A stretch of 20,000 nucleotides of DNA, taken from assembly GCA_027604505.1 (NCBI GenBank), contig JADIIX010000130.1, positions 44,689-64,688 on the forward strand, given 5' to 3'. The notes below the pieces were generated by a model. It worked only from the letters and a program-made list of their open reading frames with translations, was not told the DNA's origin and did no database searches. The stretch comes from Gonapodya sp. JEL0774. Lineage: Eukaryota. The position numbers and the translations under genes were made by a program. Shown in pieces: positions 1-11,953 of this stretch (position 1 is the stretch's first letter; every line of letters begins with the position of its first letter).

Positions 1-3000
1 CAGCCTGCAGCTGCACCCACTCGGTTGCCATATCCACTTGCATGGCTGAAGGCGTTACCACTCTGAGTAACCTCTTTGCGAGAGCAAAGACCGCCGCCGG
101 GTGTCTCTCGAGCATCCGGTCTAAAGCAGGCTTGGGGAAGAAGGCGGCCCAGGTCACCGTAACAGCGCGGACAGTTACAGACGATGGGTGTGAGGTCATC
201 GCGGAGATGTATCCAACAATACCACCCGCTCCCACGCGATAAGGTCGCAGTCCAAAAACGCCGCGTTTTGCACCACCGAACCTCCTCCCAGTCCCAGTCC
301 CTGAACCTAGCGCAGATAAACCGATGCCACCTTGTCCTCCAATTGCACTTGCTCCTGCTCCCTCCACCGCCACCTCGAGGAGACCTTCAAGGACCATAAC
401 CAAACCACCAGCTCTTTCTCCTTCCAAGACCACCACTGCTCCGTGCTCGTACATCCTCACCTCAATCTCCTCATACGTGCGTGGAGGATCCGGACGAGGG
501 GAGGAAGGTCGCCCACCACCAGTCGAATCAGCAAAATCACTTGATTGCGGAGACGAGGTTTCAGAGGAAGAAGCAAAACGCCTTTTAAATCCGGTGTCGC
601 CCTCTGAGGACGATCCAGGTCGCAATGCGAGGGGAATGAAAGCCGCACTGGGCGGCGGCATGACTAACCCCGAGACCAGCGAATCGTTGGCCGATGATGA
701 TCCTTGCGGTGGATTACTCTCCTTCTCCCCGTCCATTTCCACGTCCGCTGCCAAAACACAGCGTATTGCAGCGTAACCAGCCATTTTGATTGCGGTGAGG
801 TCGGCGGGTGAAAATCTGGCTTGGCCGCGGGATGTGGAAGGAGTGGATATGGAAGGAGGAGAATCAGGAGATTCCTCCTCGTCATCACCAGAAGTAGAGA
901 AGACACGGCTTTGAGATGAAGGCTCTTCTCTGTATAGATGGCACCCAAGGAGGTGTGGTGAACGATCAAGCGAACCAGCCTCCTCGCAAGGCACTCACCC
1001 CATGGCCATGACTGTGACTGTTCTCCCTCGCGCCCTTCCACCCCCGACCCTAATCCCCGTTCCCACTCCTACCCCCAAGCTCACCCCGACACCGCTCCTA
1101 CTCCCACCACCGAGCTGGTCTCCATATCCATGCCCACCCCCATATCCCCGACCTTCTCCATGAGCTCTCACAACTACAACGCCAAGTCCTGACTCTCCGG
1201 CAACGATTAATTTCGCCACCATGCTGCTCAGCTTGGCAAGAATATCGTGGACAGGATGGTTCACTTCAGGGTGGGCAACGAGGCGATCGGCCAAGTGGGC
1301 ACCAGAGTCCAATGGTATATATCTGGTTCAAGCTTGGGTTAGAACTCAAAGCAACTAGATGGAACTAAAAGGCAAGAAAAAATGATTTTATGATATTTGC
1401 CCGCTTGCGCTTGTACCGCGAGGTCAACGATTTCTCCTAAACCCTTTCTGAAAGCACTTCCAGAATCCCTGTGACTGTAATTTTCCCTTCGACATTCTCG
1501 AGATCGTCCTTTTCGCCTTTATGGTGCATTTTCCAGTAAATATCGGGAACAATCACCAATGAGTATCCAACCCACCTGCCGACCCCGCCCATGACCACTC
1601 TCGCGAATCTCGCCAATATCACTCCCGCAACATGTCCTGCAGCCCTGGGATACTTTCTTCGAATGTCTGTAAACGCCTTCCGAGGCAGTACTGCGAGGAT
1701 GGTTGGAGTAGAGGCAAGGGCGGTGATGGGGGGTAGGTGGAAACGGGTGGAAGAAAGAGGGGAGGAAGTTTCCCGGAGAGTGCGTTGATAGATGGTCGGT
1801 GAAGCACCTTCAGATTGAGTGTGGGTTTGAGTTTGAGTCTGGGCTCGTTCGAGCAAAGTAGGTTCATGGGAACTTGAAGAGCCTCGCAATATTGGGATTC
1901 CTTGGTCCACGCTAGCACCGTCAACGACGGGCACATTTTGTACGGTGATGTCCGCACCGCTGACGTTTGCCCCAACCGCTGTAGTCTCTGTCTCCCCCAC
2001 TCTGATCCCTGGCGGTGTCGCTGCAACGAGAGAGATACCTTCATGCGCAGGAGGGATGCAAACTGCACTACTACAAGTACCAGCGCCGTTGTCGCTGGTA
2101 GCGAGGTCGCCCTCGAGTTCGACTGGTGGAGTAGGTTTGGGAGCCGTTGTGCATTGTTGCAATTCACACCCGGCCATGTCGACCCGAGCGATGCCATCCT
2201 CTGGCAGACTCACGCTTTCTGCGAAAACGTCAAGAATCCAGAACAGCGAAGTAACCGATGCTCCAGGCCGGACTTCGTGAAGGAGCTGGAAGTCTCCAGG
2301 CACAGTTCCCCCGGAGCCGCCTGTCCCTGACCAATAAGCGTGTGACCCTGATCCTCCAGTTGCTGTCCAGAGACCGTGCGGCCCACTCGACCCACTCCCT
2401 GCCAGTGTTCCTCCAAAGATACCTCTATCAACGAATGTGGGACCGCCAAACTCATCTCCCCTGTCTCCTACTCCAGAGACAACGCGGGGGCCGTCACCAC
2501 CCATGGTGGCATCAGGCGCCGAGTACACCTGGACAGCCCCCTCGACGACTATGAAGAAATCCGACGAGACGTCGTGGGGGCGAAGCAGAACAGCGCCGGA
2601 GTTGAGAGAGCGAGAGCTGAGGGACGAAGCTAGCTCGTGGAAAACATTTCTGTCGAGATAGCCGAATACTTTGATGGAAGACAAAAACGCGGCAAGCAAA
2701 TCGTGGTGATAGAAAGGCGATGTTGCGGCGCCCGTAGAACTCTCCGACGAGGACAGTGAGAGGGTCAACGGAATTGGTAGACGCGGAGGTGGCAGATTCG
2801 AATGCGAATTCAGCGACACATGCGAGGTGAAAGAGTGCTGTGAGTGAAGTGCACGAGGACTCTGGGGCCTGTCCACGTCTATGTCGTCATCATCCATGTC
2901 CTGTGGGGGGCTCAACAGAAGAGGATGAAGGTCAACGGGAGCATCCACGTGCTTGATTGCCGTCGGGATAGGCAACCGTGAGTACCGCGTCAGCAACGAG

Positions 3001-3182
3001 TAACGGGCGATCGTCCACGACATCAGCACAGCTAGCACTGCGACGACGAGCAACGATCGCGTGTCAAGCGACACTGTCACGGTGAATACATGCGATAGCA
3101 AGAGTCCCGGTCGGGAAAGCAAAGCTCGAAGTAGAAACGCCGTCTCTCCGCTTGCCGCCGAGTTGTCCAGTTCTGATGACAT
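1..3182 (-). CDS. NTE1: Lysophospholipase NTE1 (neuropathy target esterase, PNPLA6/7 family), 5' portion; runs off the left edge before the patatin domain
   Basis: Spliced by eye: exons 3182-1576, 1322-999 and 929-<1 with GT-AG introns, frame preserved. N-terminal hydrophobic segment then YSLLTRYSRLP; NTE1-type motif FLSSIKVFGYLDRNVFHELASSL; cNMP-binding-like segments (DFFIVVEGAVQV; EGERAGGLVMVLEGLLEV...GGIVGYISAMTSHPSSVTVRA); ends in AKRLLRVVTPSAMQVDMATEWVQLQA, matching the NTE1 IDFALEWVQ motif. ATG at 3182 preferred over the ORF-track start at 3320. Confidence 0.9.
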
Positions 3183-3485
3183 CGGCAACTGGCGACAATG
3201 CGCACGGAAACACAAAAGATTCTCGAAAAGTACCGCGTTTTCCGAGTGAAGTGGAAGACTTTTATTCGTGGGGAAAGAGGAGAAAGGGGGATCTGGCCAA
3301 ACGTGCGGAGGGCACCACAAAGCACCTGCTGGACGCCTATATTATCTGAGAAACAACATACATAGTTGATTTGGTAATCTCCGTTAACAGGAATGTTATA
3401 CTGGCTCAGCTCCTGGACTGATAACAAACGTTTCAGCAATGTCTTTACCCCACACAACACACATATTAACTGTTTGGGGTTCCCC

Positions 3486-6189
3486 TTACAGTGTACAAAC
3501 TAAAACTTGAGCATGCAAATGTGCAAATAAGGAGTGGCTCCACATACCTTCGTTATCCTTGTAAGAGACCCAGAATACACTCTTCCTCTCGATGGTGTTT
3601 TTGTGGACCTTGTACTCATCTTCATCAACCATGTGTTCCAGTTCCTTATAATTTGCCAATGATAGCACATCTGATTAAGGGGCAATATGGGTCAAATAAT
3701 GCATATGCCAGCTGGCTTTAGAATAGGTCCACTTACTCAGATCAAGGTTCAGTGTATCAAGCTCCTTGTCTCTCAAAAACACTTTTGCAAGCTCCTTCAC
3801 ACCTTCAAAATCAATCTGTCCACCTACAGACATGGCAATAGTGTATTACTTGTTAGAACAAACAGAACTTGCTTCCACACAGTCACACACCACGCAAGTT
3901 CAACTGGGTTAAACTGCCATTGTTTTCAATTGCCTGTGCAAGGTATTTCGCACCTTTTGAAGTAATTCTATGATTATCTTTGTGCAAAAAAAAAGAATGA
4001 AATAAAAGCAGGATTACTTACAAGGTACAAAGACAGGGTGCACATCTCACTCACCATAAAGAGAAAGATGAATTAATGTTTTATTCTTTCTCAAACCCTT
4101 TGATAAAGATTCAACACCAGCATCAGAAATATTGCATCCTGTTAGATAGAGGGCAAATCATATTACATAACCTGGTAAACACAAGCAGATGGTAGATTAT
4201 TGAGCTTGGATCTTACCAACCTGCTAGGTGCAGCTTTTTGAGGTTACCCTTACCCTTCTCAAGTAACTCAGCAAGAGAAGCAGCACAGTCATCATTAATG
4301 TTTTTACTCCCTACCAATAATCCATGACATTGCTATTATTCAGTAACAAGGATTGCTGAGAGGAAAACACTAGTCTCACCAGAAAGGTGAAGGATTTCAA
4401 AGGTTGTGCAATTGACCAGAGAATGGGCAAGTGCCTTTACTCCTTCTGAAGTGAAAAGATTTCCTAATAATTGAGTACGGGATTAGAGCTGGCTGTGATA
4501 TTCACTCTCCTTATTAATTGGTGTACCTCCAATGTAAAGATTTGTGATTTTCCACTGCGGCTGCAATGCCTCAATTGCGTCAGCGAGTGCCTTTACACCA
4601 CTGTCATTGATACCTTTCTCTTAACGAGCAAAGCAACATAGAGAGACCTGATTATACTGAATTGCTTTGGAGCTGCATTAATCACAGGTTACTCACTTTC
4701 TAAATTAAGGGTCTGTGCTTGAACCAGATTTCCCTGCACCAGTTTCTTAAATGCGTTCTCTAATACTTTTTGTGTTGGAGTCCAGGCTGTGCAAAGTTAA
4801 GGCAAAGGGTAAAATCAGGATCCAAATCATCAGGTAATTGGGTGATCAAACATACTTGTTAAATCGGGGTATACCTCATTCCTCATTGAATGCAGGAACT
4901 CTCGATCACCATCAGAGTGGAACTCAGAGCCAATATCATCACGGAATTCATTCAAAGCATCTTGCAGCATTCTTATGTTCTTTGAAGTTTGTTGCTGAGC
5001 GTCTTCAATATTTGAGATTTGTTGAGCACTTTTAATTGCAATTTTTAGGACATCAGTGATGTTTTCTTGCAGCGAGGTTATATCAGCAGCAAGACTTTCA
5101 AGATCTTTCTTGATAGCTGTTTGTCCGTCTGCAACCCATTTGAGAGTCCCAAACTTCAAAAATAAATTTCATTTGCTATGAAATGGAATGTTTGTAGCTT
5201 TGAGAAAATTCTTACCAAGACAAGATTGATCTCAGTTTTAATTCTTTCCAGGAGTTTCTCCAATTGCAGTTCATTCTGCTTGTAATTTATCATTTGCTCA
5301 ATAACACTCTGCTTCTTGATTCCCAAAAGGGCTTCTTGAACGTCCACCAACAATCTATCAGATATAAAATTAGCATATTGGGGCCATTCGCTGGTAGCTA
5401 GAAGCATTTGGCCCACTTAGCAATATTTTCATATTGTGTGTGGAGTTCTGGTGGCACACTGGGAAAATGAAATATAACAGGAACAGGTTCTGGGTATTGA
5501 ACAACTCGCTGCTGTCTGATTTTGCTTTCTCAACATTCTGTGGCTCAAGTTGAAATTGCAATTAACACTCACTTCTTGAACTCTGCCAGAAATTTGGTCA
5601 TTTCATCTGTGGACTTCTTTACATCATTCTCAAGCCTGGAATAGGAGGTCAAAATTGTTTACCAGAATTTGAACTTCCCGACTCACTTCTCTTTTGATTC
5701 TGCGTACACATCAGTCAGCTGTTTGTCATTAATTGCGGCCACAACCTTTCTCATGTAGTCACTCAGCTCAAGAGCAAGCTGTTTGTTATAATGAAGAGCT
5801 GCCGCAGCGTCGAAGATAACAACGAGTCCCTTCAAGGCTAAAGTGATTCCGGGAATAGGCACACACTCCAGTAGACATTCGGCGACCGAATCGCTTCCTA
5901 TGGCCGATGAAATAGCTTTGAGCCAAGCACCCTTAACATCTCTTCCTGACGGGGATAGCGATCGTGTTTCAACTCTCTCGTCCCCAGATTGAGAAGATAA
6001 AACCGCTTCGGCTCTGCTGTGCCGAGAGTGAGAAGGTGATTGTGCTTCAGCTCGGCCGTCCCGCGATCGAGAAGGCGATTTTGCTCTAGGGCTCCCAGCC
6101 CGAGATGGCGACAGAGACCTTGAGACCCTTCTGACTGTCTCAACAACCGCTTCCTTCACTTTCAGATATCTTTCCTTGACTTCTTCCAT
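3486..6189 (-). CDS. Copy A: multi-exon protein with RS/SP-repeat N-terminus, MLKL/HeLo-like helical domain and C-terminal RI-type leucine-rich repeats
   Basis: Exon 1 is 6189-5687 (503 nt, same length as copy B). Exon-for-exon paralog of 13939-16743. Helical region CVPIPGITLALKGLVVIFDAAAALHYNKQLALELSDYMRKVV; LRRs such as LKKLHLAGCNISDAGVESLSKGLRKNKTL and ITSKGAKYLAQAIENNGSLTQLNLRG. Internal indels versus copy B look in-frame (e.g. 6-nt AAGGGT duplication near 4245-4257). Exon 3 donor and last exon are less certain. Confidence 0.8.
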
Positions 6190-6557
6190 GATGGATTTTA
6201 ACTGTCTCAACAACCGTGAGGGGGAGGATGTGGGTCGATCTCCCTAACAATTGCGACGTGAATGTCAGAAACGGCCCCAACGCGCGAGCGACCACTAAGG
6301 GCGCTGGATTGTTGCTTTGCAGAACCAGGATATGAGTAGAAGCGGTTGATTGCCTTGCCTTGAGTGGAAGGGGTTGTTAATTTGCTGTGGTGGTGTGCAA
6401 TATATTGCTCAACCTAGTTTTTCACCCTCGAAAACACGGTGCCACATGCGACTTTCGATTCTCCCTCAATATCGCATTGGCTCATGAAACCGAGAGCAAA
6501 AAACGAAATAATGTAACATTTCCCAAGAACGCGTAATATCGTTCTTGCTATTGATGA
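6190..6557 (-). promoter_or_regulatory. Duplicated upstream (putative promoter/5' UTR) region of copy A; counterpart 13566-13938
   Basis: About 370 bp of sequence directly upstream of both ATGs, conserved between the arms. No specific regulatory element identified. Confidence 0.4.
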
Positions 6558-6858
6558 AAAAACTGTTCATGCAAGTGCGGTGCAAACATCGGTGCATGAT
6601 ATATTGGCCCCTTGCCGCGGCAAGGATTCGAAATGCCAACCGCACAGCAGTATCACCCAGTAATTTAATTTTCGAATGATGCTTGGAGAATGATCATTGG
6701 AGCAAGATGCCAGTTTAGTCACAGACCAGAATGCAACTAAAGCAGGGAATCTGGGCTGGGTGTCGAGTAAGAGTGTAGGAAGGCAGGAATATTGTCAACT
6801 TTTCCATACATATGTAGCATGAACTGCTTAGTCGACTGAATACTATTTTTTTCCACAG

Positions 6859-7555
6859 AAACAAACCTGATGGAGGGATTCAAACATGGGATGGGTGTTG
6901 CATCTTCGGCTCAGTCAACGATCATCAAATAAATTGAAGCGAAAACGCTGAATATATCTGAAGTCAAAACCATGGATGTCAGCGCAGAAGCAGGTGATGG
7001 CAGTATGACCAGGTTGAATCATGGAACACGGCAGCTCGTCGAAAGTGAATTCGATTTTACCGCCGGGCAACATCCCATGGACATTGTCACTTCAACACGC
7101 GATCTTGCTCTTGCTCTCGCACGCGGCCCCGTCGATTCGTACCTTCCTTTCAACAGCACAAACTCAACCCGCTCCTCACACCACCAGAAGCGTGTGCCAC
7201 CTGACGAGGCGACCAGCATCCACTACCTTCCTTCTCGTCGCACCAGAGCTTCCAGCACATAATGGTCTCTCGCACATGTGCCATCTGAACAACTCCAGCT
7301 TCGACCCCAATCACAGCTTCTTACCAGGCAGTGACCACACCCCCGTTCTTGTTCCCACATCCCACCTAGTTGCTGATCCGTCAAGGTCAGTTGAAGGTGT
7401 GTGATGCCACAGAAACATGGGAAAGAGTCGACGCTCGTGCCTATTTAGATCAGCATGCTGTGAGTGCTTACAAGGATGAGCATTTTGACGAGGCGGTCTT
7501 GAAACAGACAATGGAAGTACAATCAATGCATTTTCAAAAACACAGAGGCGGATAG
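6859..7555 (+). pseudogene. Unidentified coding-like remnant
   Basis: After an acceptor-like TTTTTTCCACAG, one frame (containing ORF 6972-7262) runs for several hundred nt interrupted by isolated TAA/TGA stops. No family recognised. Confidence 0.3.
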
Positions 7556-7694
7556 CGGGCGTCAATTGCTCTCCAAATTACCTGTCATGGACGGCGAATA
7601 CATCAATCCCAGCGAGCCATATCATTGTACCATCCATTTCCGACCGGTCAGTGCATTCCCCACCAAGTGCCGCGTCTCCTACCAACCTTCACAG

Positions 7695-9340
7695 ATCGAT
7701 TTGTTCGCGAATTCCGACCTTCCGAACCCTCTTACTCCGAGACCACCGCACGCCCGCACCTCGTTCAATGCCCGCGCCCACGCCAGCCCTGATAAGACGT
7801 CTCCGTCGTCGAAAATCACACGCCCTCTGCCCCTCGCGGAAAGCAGCCTCAATTTTTGCGCTCGAATCATCAGCCCGAGGTCTGGGTGCCAGTTTCCTCT
7901 TTGGACACGAGCGTGCATCACTTCTGGCGCGAGAGCGAGTCCTCCATCATCGACTATCACTCCAACCTTGCAAAGCCACTGTACTCATCCCGCTCAGATC
8001 TTTTGCGTGAGGTGGGACCGCAGTTCAAACAATGGAAGCAACGGCGCACGATGGACAAGGTGTCGGCGATACTGGGCGGGGTGGCTGTGCCATGCGTGGC
8101 ACAGGTAGATCTAAGTATTCATGGACCGAATCTCAAACGGTGATGATGACTGGCAAGACGGTGCCTCAGGCTGTGCCGGCAAGAGAAGCGTTTGACAATG
8201 TTGACAAATCGGCATTGGGTGGAAAGGAGGGCAGTAGGGAATCAGACACGTACGAGAGCACGACCACGTAGGCGGACACTGGCTAAGAAGAAAACAGAAT
8301 CGGACCTGGAAAGAGAGCAAGGTCAGGCCATGGCAACAGCTACAAGTTCTCTGCGCGGTCTTTCTTGGAGAGCAATGGCGGGAACACCGGATAATTGGCT
8401 CGTGGAATTTAGAGAGCGGCAGACGCAGGTGAATGTACATGCAGAACCGGACACAGTGGCTGATACGGATGTGGATCTCGGCGGTGTTCAGGAAGTCCCG
8501 TCGGGCTTTCGTGGAATAGCGAAAGTGACTTTAATTCAAGGTGCATCCACATACTTCATGCCGTTATCACGCCGGTTATGACAGAGGCTCTGTTTCACCA
8601 AGCTCCAGTCCTCACCAGATCGCCGGCACTCAATTTAACTCGCCCATTCAAGAATCTCCTCCGTGCCCAAGCCGTGATCGAATTTGAGGGCAACCTGGTC
8701 GGTTGGCCTGGAGCGCACGGCATAGGTGGGCCTGGCGGATTCGGTGGTGAAAGGTATGGTGAAGGTGGTGGTGGTGGCATTCTGGTTGTATTAGGGGCCG
8801 TGAGGGTGAAGGCGTTGAAGGATTGTGAGGGAGTTATTGAGGGCGTCGAAGGTAAGCTGCTCTCGAGAAAGGTGATTGTTTGTGCGCATACAATCCGACC
8901 ATGGTATTTCCTCCCCGCAGCACTCTTCCCGCTCGTTTTTTTGCCCCTTCTTGCCCTTCTCCACCAAATTTCTCTGCAATTTTTGCACTCCGTCCACTCC
9001 TCCATCCCTTCACTGTTCCACACTATCCGGTCACTCAGTTCCCTCCCGCGCCTCCTTGATTCCCCCGCTCGCGCACTTTTAGACTCCACCGTTATCGACC
9101 ACTAACAATTTCGTACAACGTGGACCACCGGCGCTACTCCTCACAGCGCGTCCGCCTCCCCAAAACCACACGTGCCCAAGAAGCCTTCGATGTTACCCAC
9201 CATGACCGTCCTTGTGATTTGGGCCCTTTCCTTTCTTCCGCATCTCGTTGCCAAGTGGACGGCGTGGGTAGATCGACAAAGTGTGAAGGAAGGTGTGGTT
9301 GGGAATACGATAGGACTTGGAGAGGAAGTCAAGAGAAGTG
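7695..9340 (+). pseudogene. Unidentified, probably damaged gene for a membrane protein
   Basis: Staggered protein-like ORFs (7856-8143, 8192-8581, 8578-9105, 9172-9579). The last two share a frame, separated by one TAA at 9103-9105. Hydrophobic segments WYFLPAALFPLVFLPLLALL and TVLVIWALSFLPHLV. Splice-like sites are present but no consistent model was obtained. Confidence 0.35.
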
Positions 9341-9626
9341 AGTTCTCTGGTGATCGTCTTTTCACAATATCACATTCTCTAATCGTCTCAACACTGCCAG
9401 TCTCAAAGCTCCTCTGCCCAAATGATTCCATCAAAGGTGCAGATAACTCTCAGGGCGGTGACGATATTATTATGGGCAAGAACCCTCTTGGTCACGTTTC
9501 ACTTAACACCCCACTCTCCGATGCCCGAATGCAATGCCCAGTGCTCGGGGAAGGATGTCAGTATGTTCAGAGACCTTGAGGGACGCACCGTACAACCCAG
9601 AGAGTTCGAACCGCTGACAGACCATC

Positions 9627-11432
9627 ATGGCCACCACGATTCACGAGTTCGTTTTTGAGCCAAAGGGTCATGGTCTTCCCGCAGAAGTTGGCCTGGCTGG
9701 AACGTGTGACGGGTGGCAGAGGTCGTTACCAATGGAAAAGATCCTTGACGACCGGAGGGGCGTCATTTTCAGAACCGAGGTACCGGTGCCAGTAGGAGGG
9801 AGGCTCGAGGTGAGGTCATCAGTGATTGAGTGTAACGTTGCTCACAGTTGCAAGCAATGGCTTAACGAACGTCTGACTCTGTTTCTACCAGTACAAGTAC
9901 ATCGTCGATGGCATCTGTATGTTTATTGAGAATTGAACTAACTATGCTCCGCCATCCTCATCTCTCTGGTTGTCATGCTGTCACGGAAACTTGGGACGGT
10001 CGATTACTCCAAACCACTCGTTCCTTCACGTAAGACCTTTTGGACTTAGTAGATCATTCCATGAAGCAGTTTTACTTTGTCGACTTTTTTTCGTGACTTC
10101 TTTTCAGCATTTGGATCGTTCAACCACCTCCTCGAAACCCGGTTTTCTGCATGCCCTGCCTCCCCCACACGCTCTCCACTCACGCTCTCTCATACGCTTA
10201 TATTTGCACGTCCATTCGACGCGTCAATTGTTATCGTCACTGGCTGGTATGACTTATGGAGTGAGGAGAAAAGGGTATTCGCGGATTGGGGACCCGTATT
10301 TTTCACGAAAGTAGAGCTCCCGTGGGGCAAAAGGATTGAGGTGAGCCATGCCAGGCACATTCTTAGCGGACTTGACGAACGTGGAGTTGATTGCGCCATC
10401 GCGCTGTCGATTAATCCATGCAGTACAAATTCATCGCGATGGACAGTGCAAGTGATAAAGGGACATCCCAATTTCAGCTGCCTGGGAGCCTGTCTTGAAC
10501 CTGAGCTATGTGGGTCTGAACCCTTCCATTAATCTCACAGGGCTTTGCGATCCGACAATGCCAATCTGTACTGATCGTACTTGCAAATGGCGAGCTTCAA
10601 ATATCTAGTGTGCCTTTCTCATCGCCGTAGCCATTTTACTCTCTTACCGCCAGCCCTTTCTAATCGAAAGAACTACCTCTTCACACCGCATTCCCCGTCC
10701 TTACCTCTTGATCCTGTTTACCTCCCGCCACCTGCTACCGCAGCTCTCATTACAACTGATGTTGAACCGTTACAGTCATGCGCCGTGGGTCCACGTCACC
10801 TAACCTTCACGACGGACGAACAGAGGAAGTGTTCGAAGAACTGGATCCGCCACCGCCGGTCATCGACCCATCCCCTGTCTCATTTGTGGGGGCTTACGAC
10901 GTAGCCCCAGTACCGCCAGCATCTCTTCCAACAAAGCCCCTTGTTCGTAGACCTTCTGGGGCAACTTACCCTCACGATGGTCGGACAGTGACCGTGTTCG
11001 AAGATGATTCTGCGCCTTCTCGTTCTCCCAGTATCTTCTCGGACCCCAACATTGTTCCTCCGATGGTCGTGCCACCAAAACCGCCGCTGGTCAAGTCTCT
11101 TGTCCGTCAAGATTCCACTTTGACGTACCCGCACGATGGCCGTACAGTAAAGGTTTTTGAGGACGTCCCAGCACACCTTGGTCCCAGAGATTCTCTCGCC
11201 ATTACACGACTTCAGCTACTCCACGGCGCATGATGCTGCTGATGCCGAGGACCCGAGGTCAGAGCATTCGTATAAGAGAGTTCCTCCTGGACACCGTGTT
11301 GTAGCTGGCTCCCCCATCTGTCCAGCAACCCAGCTCGCCAGCAGTCCGCACGATGAACTCATGGGACCGGCAGGACATATTGAAGTACATGGTGGCTGGT
11401 ACTCGGCCGAGGACACCACCACTCTCAGGTAG
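9627..11432 (+). pseudogene. Tandem CBM48 / AMPK-beta glycogen-binding-like domain gene with Pro-rich HDGRT-repeat tail; carries apparent lesions
   Basis: Domain 1: exons 9627-9809, 9892-9916, 9994-10029, 10108 onward give EVGLAGTCDGWQRSLPMEK...LEYKYIVDGIWTVDYSKPLVPSPFGSFNHLLE. Domain 2: to 10340, 10424-10447, 10541-10576, 10654 onward give VIVTGWYDLW...VELPWGKRIEYKFI(V)DGQWLCDPTMPICTDPLSNRKNYL. Lesions: acceptor reads TG at 9992-9993, 1-nt loss at 10436-10437, further frame changes near 10770 and probably 11195. The 3' end is uncertain. Confidence 0.75.
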
Positions 11433-11953
11433 TGAATTGCGGGAAAGTAAAGCTGTTCCAGTCAAGCTCGATGAAGCGAAGCCCGCTGTTGGACAGATGG
11501 TGGCGCTTGGTAGGGGCCAGACTCACAGTCGTAAGTTTAGGACCGGGAAGCCGATGGAGGGAGCGACAGTGGCTGGGCAGTCTCGAGGATATTTTGCGTC
11601 TGGCAACAGCCCTGGCCCCATGGACTATACGTTGAGACAGCACATAGAGCAGGATCGGAATCCTGTTGGCGGTGCTATGATTGCGTACTCGCATCCCACC
11701 ACCCACGGACAAGATGCACTTAGTCTGACGCAGTAACCAGCACACAAACACCAACAACCCGCTCGTTTCACTTCTGGTAGTCCCATAAGTAGTGTCCATC
11801 CCTACCGATCTTCTGGGAGCACCACACTACCCCTGTACCGCATTCGTCGCTCCACCGCAACTCACCCGCACAAACTCATTGCCATCATTCCCCCATCCTG
11901 CAACTAACTGAACTCCGAAAAATCGCACACGCGCATCGCCCCCACAGACCTGG

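Larger units (their letters stand above)
3240..6557 (-). repeat. Left arm of ~3.3 kb inverted segmental duplication
   Basis: Its reverse complement aligns to 13566-16935. Inner end TCATCAATAGCAAGAACGATATT vs TCATCAATTGCAAGAACGATATT; outer end AATAAAAGTCTTCCACTTCACTCGGAAA vs AATAAAGTCTTCCACTTCACTTGGAAA. Includes upstream region, introns and 3' flank. Confidence 0.95.

Noticed and set aside
1815..1842. Short QT-coding hexamer repeat in NTE1
   Set aside because: Ordinary low-complexity linker.
42..3349. Many + strand ORFs and alternate-frame ORFs over NTE1
   Set aside because: Shadow ORFs of a GC-rich coding region with no independent motifs.
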